Of a stretch of DNA of 44,446 bases, positions 1 through 8,639 are shown piece after piece (within the stretch, counting starts at the first letter, position 1; each line of letters begins with the position of its first letter). The notes below the pieces were generated by a model. That model saw nothing but the letters and a program-made list of their open reading frames with translations, did no database searches and was not told the origin of the DNA. Source of the DNA: a virus; IMG/VR virus record IMGVR_UViG_3300040801_002133, positions 1 to 44,446 of that record. One strand, given 5' to 3'. The translations under genes were made by a program, and so were the position numbers.

Positions 1-117
1 CATAGTTGCTCTTGTTGTGAGAGGCTATGACCGTCTTGTTTAGTTCTGCGTAAGGAATCGGCAAAGACATTGTAGCATTTACTTTGTGCAAATGCTCTTC
101 ATAGTCTTCTTGAAATC
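1..117. repeat. Terminal direct repeat, copy A (identical to 44330-44446). This is the overlap signature of a circular, circularly permuted or terminally redundant genome.
   Basis: Direct base-by-base comparison of 1-117 with 44330-44446. A minus-strand ORF stays in frame across the implied junction. Confidence 0.9.
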
Positions 118-856
118 TAGCTTTCAAATATCCTGCGCAATTGAACAAATAATGATTTCTGCCTCCTTGGTCTGGTCCTCCTGACAGATATATCGTCTGC
201 AAGCAAGGCGGCCCTTTTGAAAATGGAGCGTTTTCAATTGCAGAGATGAATTGTTTGTAAGGCTGTCGTACGCCTTTTATCATTATTATCGCATCTTTAA
301 GATTCATAGGATTGGCTTCTGAATCGTAAGCGTAGCGAGTGGTGTCTTGAAAATTGAAGTAAGGCAAGTTTATCCAATTGCCAGTCTTTCCTTTCTCAAG
401 CATAGTCTGCTTTGGAAACACTTCTACTGACTTGGGCAAGCCAAGCATTCCTACTAGAATCATCAAGCTTGGACGAATCCTTGACGCTTCTGGTTCGTCA
501 GAAAAGAACAAAAAGATGTGCAATCCTCCGCTTTTGCTTCTAAAGCAGATTGCTGGCACTCCTGCTCTACTAAGAATGTCTATGTACTTTTGAGGTTGTG
601 CAGGATAAACATCAACATCTATCACTGCGAAGTTCACTTTGTTCTTATGGTCGATAGGAACGATGCCTAATCCTTGCTTTCCGTGCAAGTGCTTTGTTAC
701 TGTCTCTTCTGTGACAGGCTCATGAACTACCAAGCTCTTTCCTTCGACCTTTTTACCTTCTTCTGTCGCAGATCCTGGAATGTGCACTCCGTGAGACTCT
801 TGGTTGCCTTTAAACAAGGTCAAGAAGTCTGCTACGTAAGGCTTGGCTGACATCAT
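1..856 (-). CDS. AEP-family DNA primase-polymerase (prim-pol), N-terminal part. It continues at 44329 down to 43599 after circularisation, for about 528 aa in total.
   Basis: Hand translation of the minus strand from ATG 856 (TGATG overlap with the upstream stop) to base 1 shows no stop codon. Motifs seen: NFAVIDVDVY (DxD), RSKSGGLHIFLFF (sGG-H), EVFPKQ..GNWINLPYF, then a PriCT-like PPCLQ..GGRNHYLFNCAGYLK. The frame is continuous with ORF 43599-44420 ((853-118) is divisible by 3). Confidence 0.8.
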   Translation of the reverse strand, partial: MMSAKPYVADFLTLFKGNQESHGVHIPGSATEEGKKVEGKSLVVHEPVTEETVTKHLHGKQGLGIVPIDHKNKVNFAVIDVDVYPAQPQKYIDILSRAGVPAICFRSKSGGLHIFLFFSDEPEASRIRPSLMILVGMLGLPKSVEVFPKQTMLEKGKTGNWINLPYFNFQDTTRYAYDSEANPMNLKDAIIMIKGVRQPYKQFISAIENAPFSKGPPCLQTIYLSGGPDQGGRNHYLFNCAGYLKARFQEDYEEHLHKVNATMSLPIPYAELNKTVIASHNKSNY

Positions 857-1506
857 CACTTTCTCCTGTTTTTGGAGTATGTCATTTCATAGTCGTGAAA
901 CAGGTTTTCTTCTTCTAGCCAGTCGTGAAAATCTGATATCCCTCTAAGAATCTCTTTTCCTTGCGCTTCAGGATCTTCAACAAAGTAATCTATGTCGTAC
1001 ACCTCTTTTATTTGCATGCTAGGATACTCTTCGAACAACACTACGAGATAAGTAAAGTCTTGTATTCCAGAGCAAAAAGTGTATAGGACATGTTGCCAAT
1101 TGTTTAAGTACTTGTCTGCTCCTCTATAATTCTCCGTTGTCTTTATGTCGAGCAACTTTTCAGGAAACACTGCGTCGATCTTTCCATAAAGAATTATCTC
1201 TCTGTCTTTCGGTCCAGCAATGCTTCTTTTTATTACTTTTTGAAACTTGCCTCCTCTGCATCTTTCTGCTACAGCTCTGAAGTGTTCTGACCCTTCGTTA
1301 TTTCTGCCGTTAGCTTTAGCAAAAACTAAGTCCTCAAACTTGTTTCCCCTATCTGCTGTCTTGTGAGGCTTATAAGGCTCTCTTCTTACAGTAGATACAA
1401 TAGAAGAAAACGCTCTGTCTCTCCAGCTTGGAGGACATTCGTTAAACCAGTTGAAAGAGTCTAATATAGACGACGTTATTAAGTAAGTATGTCTCTTATT
1501 CGGCAT
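856..1506 (-). CDS. PD-(D/E)XK nuclease, RecB/Cas4-like.
   Basis: GKIDAVFPEKLLDIKT (D...DxK core) followed by WQHVLY (QxxxY). There is an SD-like AAAGGAAAAAGAG upstream of the ATG. Confidence 0.55.
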   Translation of the reverse strand: MPNKRHTYLITSSILDSFNWFNECPPSWRDRAFSSIVSTVRREPYKPHKTADRGNKFEDLVFAKANGRNNEGSEHFRAVAERCRGGKFQKVIKRSIAGPKDREIILYGKIDAVFPEKLLDIKTTENYRGADKYLNNWQHVLYTFCSGIQDFTYLVVLFEEYPSMQIKEVYDIDYFVEDPEAQGKEILRGISDFHDWLEEENLFHDYEMTYSKNRRK

Positions 1507-1883
1507 ATCTCTTTTTCCTTTCCAATGAAAGCGATTTTATTGTCTTTGCAAACCGAAATGGCGTAATTGACGCCAGAAGTGAAACTCCTAACGGCAAACG
1601 CCAATTGTCCAAACTGCCATTCTAAATCATCTTCGATAATCGACAAGCCCTTTTTCTTGAGCCGCTTTGCCTCTATCAACAAGTAGATTTCTCTCTTCAA
1701 CAGGAGAATGTCAGGAAAGCCTATCTGATTGACAGTATCAACCCTGACATATCTGTAGCCTTTGTCTTCAAAATTTTTCTTGATGAAGATATACGAGTCT
1801 TTTTCCTTAGTAAAAGAAGACTTGGTACAATAAGTTTCGCACACCAAGTCTTCTCCTAGAAGGTTATAATTAGTAAGGAACAT
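1479..1883 (-). CDS. VRR-NUC domain nuclease.
   Basis: GFPDILLLKREIYLLIEAKR matches the VRR-NUC PD..(E)xK core. The start was moved to the internal Met (MFLTNY) just past the stop of the upstream gene. The track ORF start at 2006 lies inside the neighbouring gene. Confidence 0.55.
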   Translation of the reverse strand: MFLTNYNLLGEDLVCETYCTKSSFTKEKDSYIFIKKNFEDKGYRYVRVDTVNQIGFPDILLLKREIYLLIEAKRLKKKGLSIIEDDLEWQFGQLAFAVRSFTSGVNYAISVCKDNKIAFIGKEKEICRIRDILT

Positions 1884-2619
1884 TTTCAGAAGAAGAGCCT
1901 TCTGAAGTATCTTCGGGCAACAACGCGTAGTCAACGTTGCGATTAGGAATTTGCTCTCTTTCCTTGGAAACGGCTTCGAGCATCGGCTTTGTGACAAAAC
2001 TATCAAACTTGAAGTGAATGCCTTTCCATTCGCCTTCGTCGTTCGCCATATCTACGGTCGACACTTCCCAAACCATGAAGTAAGGAAGTGCTCTCTTGTT
2101 AGAGCCGGGCAGCATGGTGTGCATCAAGTTTCGGTTGAGTTTCTTCGCTTCTTTAATATTAGTAGAAGTACAAGAAATTATGAAAACCCCTTCTTCAAGG
2201 TCGTCTGCATTTATACAGTAGTAACTGTAACAATCTTGAAAGGTGTGTTTTGTGTTTGGATCCATGAGCTGGTTCTTTTCATTGCGAACCAAATCCCCGC
2301 GAAGCTCGACACTTTCAGGCGAGTGTACGCCCATGAGCTTGCCTCTAGTGGTTCCCCACTCAAGAAATGTGCGTTGAAATTTACCAATTATTACTCGAAT
2401 AGGAGAAGGAAACAGCTTGCCAGATACAGTATTGACAAACATCCCTTCTTCTGCATCAGGATTGTATTCAGGCTTGCTCTTCTTCATCTGCGGAGACAGT
2501 TCTTGAATAATCCTTACAAAAGGAATTGCCATGGTGTCAAGACCAACTTCTTCGAAGCCTTGAGAATCCATCGACGCTGCGAGTTCTTCAAAATTTAAAG
2601 ATTCTTTTGCCTTTGCCAT
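1870..2619 (-). CDS. Putative ssDNA-binding or recombination-associated protein with an acidic, aromatic-terminated C-terminal tail.
   Basis: Strong SD (GAGGAGG). It sits between nucleases and the Gp157-like gene. The C-terminus LLPEDTSEGSSSENVPY resembles the acidic tails of phage SSBs. No diagnostic motif was recognised. Confidence 0.3.
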   Translation of the reverse strand: MAKAKESLNFEELAASMDSQGFEEVGLDTMAIPFVRIIQELSPQMKKSKPEYNPDAEEGMFVNTVSGKLFPSPIRVIIGKFQRTFLEWGTTRGKLMGVHSPESVELRGDLVRNEKNQLMDPNTKHTFQDCYSYYCINADDLEEGVFIISCTSTNIKEAKKLNRNLMHTMLPGSNKRALPYFMVWEVSTVDMANDEGEWKGIHFKFDSFVTKPMLEAVSKEREQIPNRNVDYALLPEDTSEGSSSENVPY

Positions 2620-2633
2620 TTTACTATCCTCCT

Positions 2634-3200
2634 CTACTTGTTTTTAACACTTACTTTGTAGTAAGTGTACGTTGAAATCATCTCATCGTCTATAGCGGCC
2701 AAGGGAACCTCTGCATTGTTCTCTGTGCCGACCGCGCAAAGCCGCTTGAAATACGCTTTGAGAGTCGATGGATGAATATACAGCTTGGGCGCTCCGTCAA
2801 GATCGTACGTTTCTTTTAGATCTCTTAAAACGTTATTCAGAATGTTTTGCGGAAGCTTGCCAACTTCGATTGACGTTTTCATTAGCGCATCGTCGCCGCG
2901 CTGCTCAAGAAAGTCGTAAAGCTTTTCGTAGTTCTTTACAGAACAAGAAAGCTCTTCCTTTACAGCAATCTTCTTTCCGCTACTAAGCTCGAACGAAGCC
3001 ATGCCTAGAGATATCATAGCTTCCGGCAAGAGTTCTTGCTCTAGCTTATTTACTTCTGCTTTCTTCTCTTTTACAAGCGCTTCAAGTTCCTCAAGCTCTT
3101 CGCGCTTTACGACCAACGCTTCAGCATAAGCTGTCAAGGCCTCTAAAGTTGTTTCTGAAACTTCTTCTGATTCGTGCTCTATCAAGTGTTCTAGTGACAT
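2634..3200 (-). CDS. Coiled-coil protein, Siphovirus Gp157-like.
   Basis: Start set at MSLEHL behind AAGGAGGG. An N-terminal acidic coiled coil is followed by LGMASFELSSGKKIAVKEE, the pattern I associate with the Gp157 family. Its own promoter lies upstream. Confidence 0.35.
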   Translation of the reverse strand: MSLEHLIEHESEEVSETTLEALTAYAEALVVKREELEELEALVKEKKAEVNKLEQELLPEAMISLGMASFELSSGKKIAVKEELSCSVKNYEKLYDFLEQRGDDALMKTSIEVGKLPQNILNNVLRDLKETYDLDGAPKLYIHPSTLKAYFKRLCAVGTENNAEVPLAAIDDEMISTYTYYKVSVKNK

Positions 3201-3225
3201 AATTCCCTCCTTGGGTTGAGACTTC

Positions 3226-3254
3226 ATTTTGACAAATTTTTTCAAAAAAGTCAA
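3226..3254 (-). promoter_or_regulatory. Sigma70-type promoter: TTGACT-N17-CAAAAT.
   Basis: Minus strand reads agcTTGACT tttttgaaaaaatttgt CAAAAT. It lies between the SNF2 stop (3260) and the start of the Gp157-like gene. The layout matches the promoters at 9312-9340 and 10779-10807. Confidence 0.55.
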
Positions 3255-3259
3255 GCTTT

Positions 3260-4876
3260 TTATTCTATCTTAAAAAGGTCGTTTAGACTGGCACTCACCA
3301 ATCGGCTGTTTATGTCTGCGCCTTCTCTAAGCACGTCTAGCACGTTCTTTTCGAAAACACTGTTGTACACCAGGTCTTTGTATATAGGAGACCTTACCGT
3401 TCCAATCCTGTGCGATCGGTCTTCAGCTTGTAAACGGGATTCAGTTCTGTACGAGCGGCTATACCAGTATTGCAGCCCTGCGTTTTGCAAGTTGAGTCCG
3501 TACCCTCCAACCTCTGGATGGGCTACAAGTATTCTTGCTTCGCCAGTCTTGAATCTTTCAATGTTGGCTGCTCGAATTTGCTTAGGAGTGTCGCCAGACA
3601 TCGCTACAACAGAGTGTTTCTTTCCTAGCTCAAAGTGTAGCAGGTCTATCTCTGCTCTAAAGCACGCCCAAACAATACACTGTTGTTGCGTCTCTTCTAA
3701 GTCGCTTAGAATATAATCAAGCTTTGCGTTCTTGCCTTTAATTGGTACTGTGCTGTACTCTCCTTCTTTCTCTGTGTGTACTGCAAGATTTCCTCCACAA
3801 ATCTGCAACACTCTTAAGCCTAGCAAAGCTTTGGTAGATATGGTTAGCGTATCTCCTTCGTAAACAGTAGCAGAATATTGCGCAAGCTGCTTTATTTGCT
3901 TCTTCTGCTCTGAATTCATTTCTAGCTCTATCACTTGATAGATTTTCTCTGGAAGTTCTAGACAATCTTCTTTTGACACAGAGAAAGTGTCTGGCGCAAT
4001 TCTAGCTTGAAGCTTGTCAAGGTTCTTGTAACGAACAAAGTTGTCGTTGTGAAGAATCATGTTGTAGTCTTCTTCTGTAAGTCCGTACTTCTTTTTTATA
4101 TACTCCTTGTTTTGTGTTGTCTTTGAATTGTTGTTAATCCAACTTCTTATCTTCATGAACGCCTGTCCATCTAGCGTTGTGCGTATAGTTGTTAATCGGT
4201 CTTTTATCTTAAGTTTTCTATCGAATTGCACTTCATGAAAGTGTTTAAATGCCATGTAAGAGCAACCCATGTAGTTCGCCTTAAGAAAATCGAAAATGCT
4301 CCAAGTGTCGACAGGCGACTTAGCTGAAGGAGTTCCTGTAAGAACAATCCTTACTCCGCCATGGTAGGCGTCTCTAAGCTTCTTTATCCACCTTACGCTT
4401 TTCGCTTCTGGATTCTTTATTCTTGAAGCTTCGTCAACTACAATCGCCAATGGCAGCTTTGAAGTCTGTGCAAAGCGCATTGCCAAATCATATCCCTTGC
4501 CTCTTACGAAGGCTTCAAAATTAATAATAAATACTTGCAAGTCGTCGTTCATCTTGCAATCAGCAAAGAACTTAGCTTGCGCTGTTTTAAGTTTCGCTGT
4601 GTTCCCTGATCTGTAGACATGAGACTGGTAAGGTGCAGAACAATGCGTAGGCAGTTGCTCGTTATGCCATTGCGGGCCTACAGCTACTGGTGCTATTACT
4701 AATACTCTGTTAAGAGTCCCTCTGTAATAGTTGTAGTTTAGAATATCGATTGTCATTTTGCTTTTGCCTGTCCCCATCTCAGCAAAAATTGCAAAGCACT
4801 GTTGGTCTTTAAACTTGTCAAAACACTCTTGCTGGTGCGGGTACGGCATTGTCTTAAACACATTTGCAATGTTCAT
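3260..4876 (-). CDS. SNF2/Rad54-family helicase (SF2 ATPase).
   Basis: AEMGTGKSKM (Walker A), VVDEASRIKN (DEAS box), LTGTP, and a C-terminal helicase lobe with GGYGLNLQNA and QAEDRSHRIGT. Confidence 0.9.
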   Translation of the reverse strand: MNIANVFKTMPYPHQQECFDKFKDQQCFAIFAEMGTGKSKMTIDILNYNYYRGTLNRVLVIAPVAVGPQWHNEQLPTHCSAPYQSHVYRSGNTAKLKTAQAKFFADCKMNDDLQVFIINFEAFVRGKGYDLAMRFAQTSKLPLAIVVDEASRIKNPEAKSVRWIKKLRDAYHGGVRIVLTGTPSAKSPVDTWSIFDFLKANYMGCSYMAFKHFHEVQFDRKLKIKDRLTTIRTTLDGQAFMKIRSWINNNSKTTQNKEYIKKKYGLTEEDYNMILHNDNFVRYKNLDKLQARIAPDTFSVSKEDCLELPEKIYQVIELEMNSEQKKQIKQLAQYSATVYEGDTLTISTKALLGLRVLQICGGNLAVHTEKEGEYSTVPIKGKNAKLDYILSDLEETQQQCIVWACFRAEIDLLHFELGKKHSVVAMSGDTPKQIRAANIERFKTGEARILVAHPEVGGYGLNLQNAGLQYWYSRSYRTESRLQAEDRSHRIGTVRSPIYKDLVYNSVFEKNVLDVLREGADINSRLVSASLNDLFKIE

Positions 4877-4880
4877 TGCG

Positions 4881-5111
4881 TTAGTCCTTGTTTTTTAGTT
4901 TCTTAGCGTTCTTTAAGACGTCTTGCAAATCTTCCAGCTTGAATACATCGGACTCATCAAATGCGCCTTTGAAGTTGGCCCTAAGACGGTACTTTATTGC
5001 ATTGCCAAGCAAATAGCCTTCATATTGCTCTGGCGTCAGCTTGGCGCGGATAACGTCAAGCACTTGTATGCCGCCTTTATCGTAATACGGATTCTTTATT
5101 TTTGTCTGCAT
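4881..5111 (-). CDS. DUF3310-family protein.
   Basis: NPYYDKGGIQVLDVI...GYLLGNAIKYRLRANFKG matches the DUF3310 pattern. The start was chosen at MQTKIK behind AGGAGG. Confidence 0.6.
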   Translation of the reverse strand: MQTKIKNPYYDKGGIQVLDVIRAKLTPEQYEGYLLGNAIKYRLRANFKGAFDESDVFKLEDLQDVLKNAKKLKNKD

Positions 5112-5134
5112 TCTAACCTCCTGATCTCCTGCCA

Positions 5135-6322
5135 TTAGAATTTTCCTCCAAAATCAACTTCTTCCATTATGCAATCTTCTGGACTCTTGTCTTGTCTGAA
5201 TTCCCAAGACGCTACTGTGGCGTGCATCAATCGTCTATTGCGAGTTGAGAATTCCTGACCGTCTATCTCTAGTACTTTAAAATACGCATCTTTTGCGAGA
5301 ACAGGAAGACCTTTTTCTATCTCTGTCAGCTTGTAACGCATGTAGTCTGGCATATTGCTGACAATAGCGATGGGTTGTTGTTCTCCGTCAATCATTACGC
5401 TAAGCTCTACGCCTCCAATAAGATCGTTAAAGCTGTGTACTTCAGTCCTCACGAAACCTGTAATGAAAGCATCAATAGTGTCGCCAATCAACCCGCTGGC
5501 ACTCTTCTTTACTTTTATTGCATGCGTTCTCTTTCGGCCGCCAGAATCATATTCTGCCGATACGTTCTTAAGAATGACGCCTTCTCCACCTTCTTTCCAA
5601 ATACGATTCAAGAATCGCTTCTTAGTCGTAGCGTGGTACTTGGCTGCCTCAATAGGCAATCCTTCAAAGTCTAACGTCGAGAGAAGCTTCTTCCTTGCTG
5701 ACAAGGTTTTTTCTTCTGGCTGCCACACATCGAAGCAGATGAACTTGACTATAGCCTCTTTTTGAATCTCTACAGCCAATTCTGCTCCTGAGCCTAGTAT
5801 CGCTGCAACAGCTTCTCTAGTATTGGTGGTTGGGAATCCTTCTTGTGTTAATACCTGATCTTCACATATCGCCTCACAATCTAGCACAAACGAATTTCTA
5901 ACGTCTAATTTCATCGCCGGCAAATGATACGTGTAATCTACAGGCAAAAACTCCGTAGTGCTCAGATTGCCACCAAACACATGCAATCTGTCGCCGGGAA
6001 TGTGCGTCAACAACATACGCCAGCCGTCTTCTTTTTTCTCTGCGATCCATCCATTGTTATCGTCGAACAATCGCTCTTGCTCGTGAGACTTCAAGTTGTT
6101 AAACCTGTATGCTTTCATGGGCTGAAATCTACGCCGTAGCCTCATGTGCCTAGCGTCTTCTGCAGAAAACTTGTTACCTTCCTCAAACTTTTCCTTGTAG
6201 AAATAGTCTCCTATTGCTCTTTGTAGATCGTCGTTCGTCACTCGACCACCTCTTCCAGTTCCTCTCATCGGTGCGGCAATTTTGTAGAACCGCATGATGT
6301 CTTGCAGTTTTTCTTTCTTCAT
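5135..6322 (-). CDS. ATP-dependent DNA ligase.
   Basis: Motif I AEKKEDGWR (KxDG), motif III FVLDCEAI, motif IIIa FICFDVW, motif IV EGVILKN, motif V HAIKVKK. Confidence 0.9.
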   Translation of the reverse strand: MKKEKLQDIMRFYKIAAPMRGTGRGGRVTNDDLQRAIGDYFYKEKFEEGNKFSAEDARHMRLRRRFQPMKAYRFNNLKSHEQERLFDDNNGWIAEKKEDGWRMLLTHIPGDRLHVFGGNLSTTEFLPVDYTYHLPAMKLDVRNSFVLDCEAICEDQVLTQEGFPTTNTREAVAAILGSGAELAVEIQKEAIVKFICFDVWQPEEKTLSARKKLLSTLDFEGLPIEAAKYHATTKKRFLNRIWKEGGEGVILKNVSAEYDSGGRKRTHAIKVKKSASGLIGDTIDAFITGFVRTEVHSFNDLIGGVELSVMIDGEQQPIAIVSNMPDYMRYKLTEIEKGLPVLAKDAYFKVLEIDGQEFSTRNRRLMHATVASWEFRQDKSPEDCIMEEVDFGGKF

Positions 6323-6400
6323 TTCTATCTCCTATTTCCTCGTCGGCTGGTAGTCGGCCACAACAACGGGTATTGTAAAATCAATGCCGTTTTTGCCATA

Positions 6401-6652
6401 TCACTCCCCCTCTGACGCTTCTGCACCATACTCGCCAATCAGCCTCATCACCGCACGGGCAGATGGTGACATTTTCGGACTGTCAGTAACGGCTTGTAGC
6501 TGGCTCGGCAAGCCTCCATCCCACTCAGCCGAAAGATAAGCGATATAATGAAAAAACAGTGCTTGTTGATCTGCACCGAAGTGACAAAAACACTCGGCAA
6601 GCTCTTTTGGTGTTGGCGTAACATCAACTGTAGTGACTCGTTTAATCGGCAT
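6401..6652 (-). CDS. Hypothetical protein in a GC-richer island.
   Basis: ORF with GGAGG 7 nt upstream of MPIKRV. No motif was recognised. Confidence 0.45.
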   Translation of the reverse strand: MPIKRVTTVDVTPTPKELAECFCHFGADQQALFFHYIAYLSAEWDGGLPSQLQAVTDSPKMSPSARAVMRLIGEYGAEASEGE

Positions 6653-6784
6653 GCTCACACCTCCTCTGGCGGGGCTGGCAGTGGCATCCATCCAGTGTGC
6701 TGGTTGTCCATAAACCCTCCATTTGCTCTCTGCGCTATTTTTGCGCGAATTGTTCTCTACTACCTACGTGTGCCATGCTAACCG

Positions 6785-7108
6785 TTAAACCTTGGTGCCG
6801 TTTTGGGACGATTCAGCCGTAACCTGACAATCGAACCACATCAAAAAAAGAAGACAACAGACAGCGTGTGACAGGTGATGCTTGCCAGACTCAGGGTCGA
6901 ATATCTCCCCACTCATCCACGCTGAGATATGGCGCATAGCCGCTGATCCATATCTATCTTGCGGGTCAGGCACCCGCTGCCAGTTGTATTCCTCGTATTT
7001 TTTTGCGCCAAAGGTCAGCACATCAACAACCTGTTCGACCTGCTGCCACGGCAGTAATGACCACCTGGGCTTGCCGCTATCATGTTTTTTGCCGATAGTG
7101 TCGCTCAT
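6785..7108 (-). CDS. Protein with a dATP/dGTP pyrophosphohydrolase-type domain (dGTP_diPhyd_N-like).
   Basis: KHDSGKPRWSLLP...VLTFGAKKYEEYNWQR...AAMRHISAW..GEIFDPESGKHHLSHAVCCLLFL matches the conserved pattern of this small phage domain. GGAGG SD and an ATGA overlap with the upstream HD gene. Confidence 0.6.
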   Translation of the reverse strand: MSDTIGKKHDSGKPRWSLLPWQQVEQVVDVLTFGAKKYEEYNWQRVPDPQDRYGSAAMRHISAWMSGEIFDPESGKHHLSHAVCCLLFLMWFDCQVTAESSQNGTKV

Positions 7109-7698
7109 CTCAACGCCTCCAAAAGAGCTTGCACTTTCGTTATCAACTCTATCCTAATGTCATGATAAGAATCGAATAAGATTTCAATGTCGTACGGCTC
7201 CCATCCTGGCAAAGGGTCTTCGTGTTCTGGAAAAAAGAACAGGATTTCTGTCAACGCTAGTCGAGTGTCTATCTCTTTGACGACGTGTTGAAACCTTGGC
7301 AATTGCCAATCTAACGCTTGCCCTTTGCTCAACATCGCATTGAAAAGCTTTCTCGTTATCCGCTCTTCCGCCTCTAGGTAAGCATTTGTGCTAAAACGCT
7401 TAAGCGGCCTAATAAGGTCTTGAAGATACGCCTCTGCCGCATCATGCAACAAGAACATCAACTGCGCATGAGGCTTGTCGTAACCGTACTTGTATTTCGC
7501 TATTTCGGCAACCAACAAACTGTGATGTGCTACTGAATACGGGAACGAGGTGTGGCCATTGTAACGATTGATAATCGGCAAGCTCATTAGCACTTCCATT
7601 ATTTGCGGCTCAAAGTCCTCGTCAAATGGATCTGCTATTCTTGTTGGCAATATAATGCCGTCTGTTGTTGGCGAATCGTACAGTTTATTTGGTGTCAT
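7105..7698 (-). CDS. HD-domain phosphohydrolase, YfbR-like 5'-deoxynucleotidase type.
   Basis: SVAHHSLLVA ... LLHDAAEAYLQDLIRPLK gives the H..HD..D metal-binding signature. SD is GAGGAGAAA. Confidence 0.7.
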   Translation of the reverse strand: MTPNKLYDSPTTDGIILPTRIADPFDEDFEPQIMEVLMSLPIINRYNGHTSFPYSVAHHSLLVAEIAKYKYGYDKPHAQLMFLLHDAAEAYLQDLIRPLKRFSTNAYLEAEERITRKLFNAMLSKGQALDWQLPRFQHVVKEIDTRLALTEILFFFPEHEDPLPGWEPYDIEILFDSYHDIRIELITKVQALLEALR

Positions 7699-7876
7699 TG
7701 TTTTTCTCCTCTATAAACATGTCTCTCATTGTGATGTACACTATCACAGGCCACAGAAACAAACAGATAAACAACGCAACGTCAAGCGGAGTTGCAACGG
7801 TGTCGTCTGCAAACAGAATAAAGCAGATCACTCCGATCAACAAATAGCAAGCAAGCAAAATTAAGGCCGTGTTCAT
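7685..7876 (-). CDS. Small membrane protein with two predicted TM segments.
   Basis: Hydrophobic stretches LILLACYLLIGVICFILF and ALFICLFLWPVIVYI. GGAGG SD. Overlaps its neighbours. Confidence 0.5.
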   Translation of the reverse strand: MNTALILLACYLLIGVICFILFADDTVATPLDVALFICLFLWPVIVYITMRDMFIEEKNNDTK

Positions 7877-8082
7877 TTATTCCTCCAGTCGTTAAGCAAA
7901 TCTTCAAAGTTCTCAAACGCCGATTGCAGCGCTTCCATAACCTCTTGCCCAAAGGCAAAATGCAACAACTTACACAATTCCCATGTGATATCAATAATCA
8001 AAAGTCCGGTATACCACACAGCTTTGCATAAGAAGTAAGCCGCTGCGACGCAAGCCGTTATCCCCCAATCAATATTGTTCAT
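7873..8082 (-). CDS. Small membrane protein.
   Basis: ORF with an N-terminal hydrophobic segment. ATGA overlap with the downstream gene. Confidence 0.4.
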   Translation of the reverse strand: MNNIDWGITACVAAAYFLCKAVWYTGLLIIDITWELCKLLHFAFGQEVMEALQSAFENFEDLLNDWRNK

Positions 8083-8455
8083 TGTTCTTCAGTAAGTTAA
8101 GGATTGACAGTTGTTTTTTGACTTTGGGATTCCTATACTGATCGCTGTGTTTCTGGTACGTCAGCTGGCCCTCTTCTCGCATGTTGATAAGCTTGTACGT
8201 TACCAAGTCAGAATCAACGTCAGGACAGTGTCTTTTCATAACTGATCGGATAGAATCCCCTGACATAGGTTTGGCAGTTATGATCAGGATTTTTTCTTCA
8301 ATTGTTATCCCTTTTTTAATGTCTTCCATGAATTTCTCAAGCGCGATGCTTGCTGCTTCCTGACTGCCGATCGGCTTGAAGCCAGTTCCGTTACAACATT
8401 GACACACTCTCTGGTTCTGCTTAAGGTCGTAAAGGTCTCTTTGTTGTTTATTCAT
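8069..8455 (-). CDS. Hypothetical protein.
   Basis: ORF with start placed at MNKQQRD, directly after the upstream stop (TAAGATG). Contains CQCCNGTG. Confidence 0.4.
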   Translation of the reverse strand: MNKQQRDLYDLKQNQRVCQCCNGTGFKPIGSQEAASIALEKFMEDIKKGITIEEKILIITAKPMSGDSIRSVMKRHCPDVDSDLVTYKLINMREEGQLTYQKHSDQYRNPKVKKQLSILNLLKNNEQY

Positions 8456-8456
8456 C

Positions 8457-8639
8457 TTAATCTGTCTCCCTAGGCTCAAAGCATGCGCAATGTGTAGTTA
8501 AAGGTCTCTGAATTTTTAAGTCGTATTCAGTGCACCACCTACTTCCAGCAGAATATATAAGGTTCTTGCAATTAGCACATACCTTGTCGTCTTCTTCCGT
8601 CTCGAAAAAGTCTGAAAAGTCTTCGTCATATCGTCTCAT
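8457..8639 (-). CDS. Small acidic Cys-rich protein, possibly a zinc ribbon.
   Basis: GAGGAG SD 7 nt before MRRYDEDF. Contains CANC...C...CAC. Confidence 0.4.
   Translation of the reverse strand: MRRYDEDFSDFFETEEDDKVCANCKNLIYSAGSRWCTEYDLKIQRPLTTHCACFEPRETD

Noticed and set aside
6785-7698. Z-genome (2-aminoadenine) cluster, which would be DatZ-like HD plus MazZ-like pyrophosphohydrolase.
   Set aside because: No PurZ or adenylosuccinate-synthetase-like ORF (GDEGKG P-loop, about 340 aa) exists anywhere in the genome. The aminoadenine pathway is therefore not supported. The enzymes are reported only as generic pool-editing candidates.
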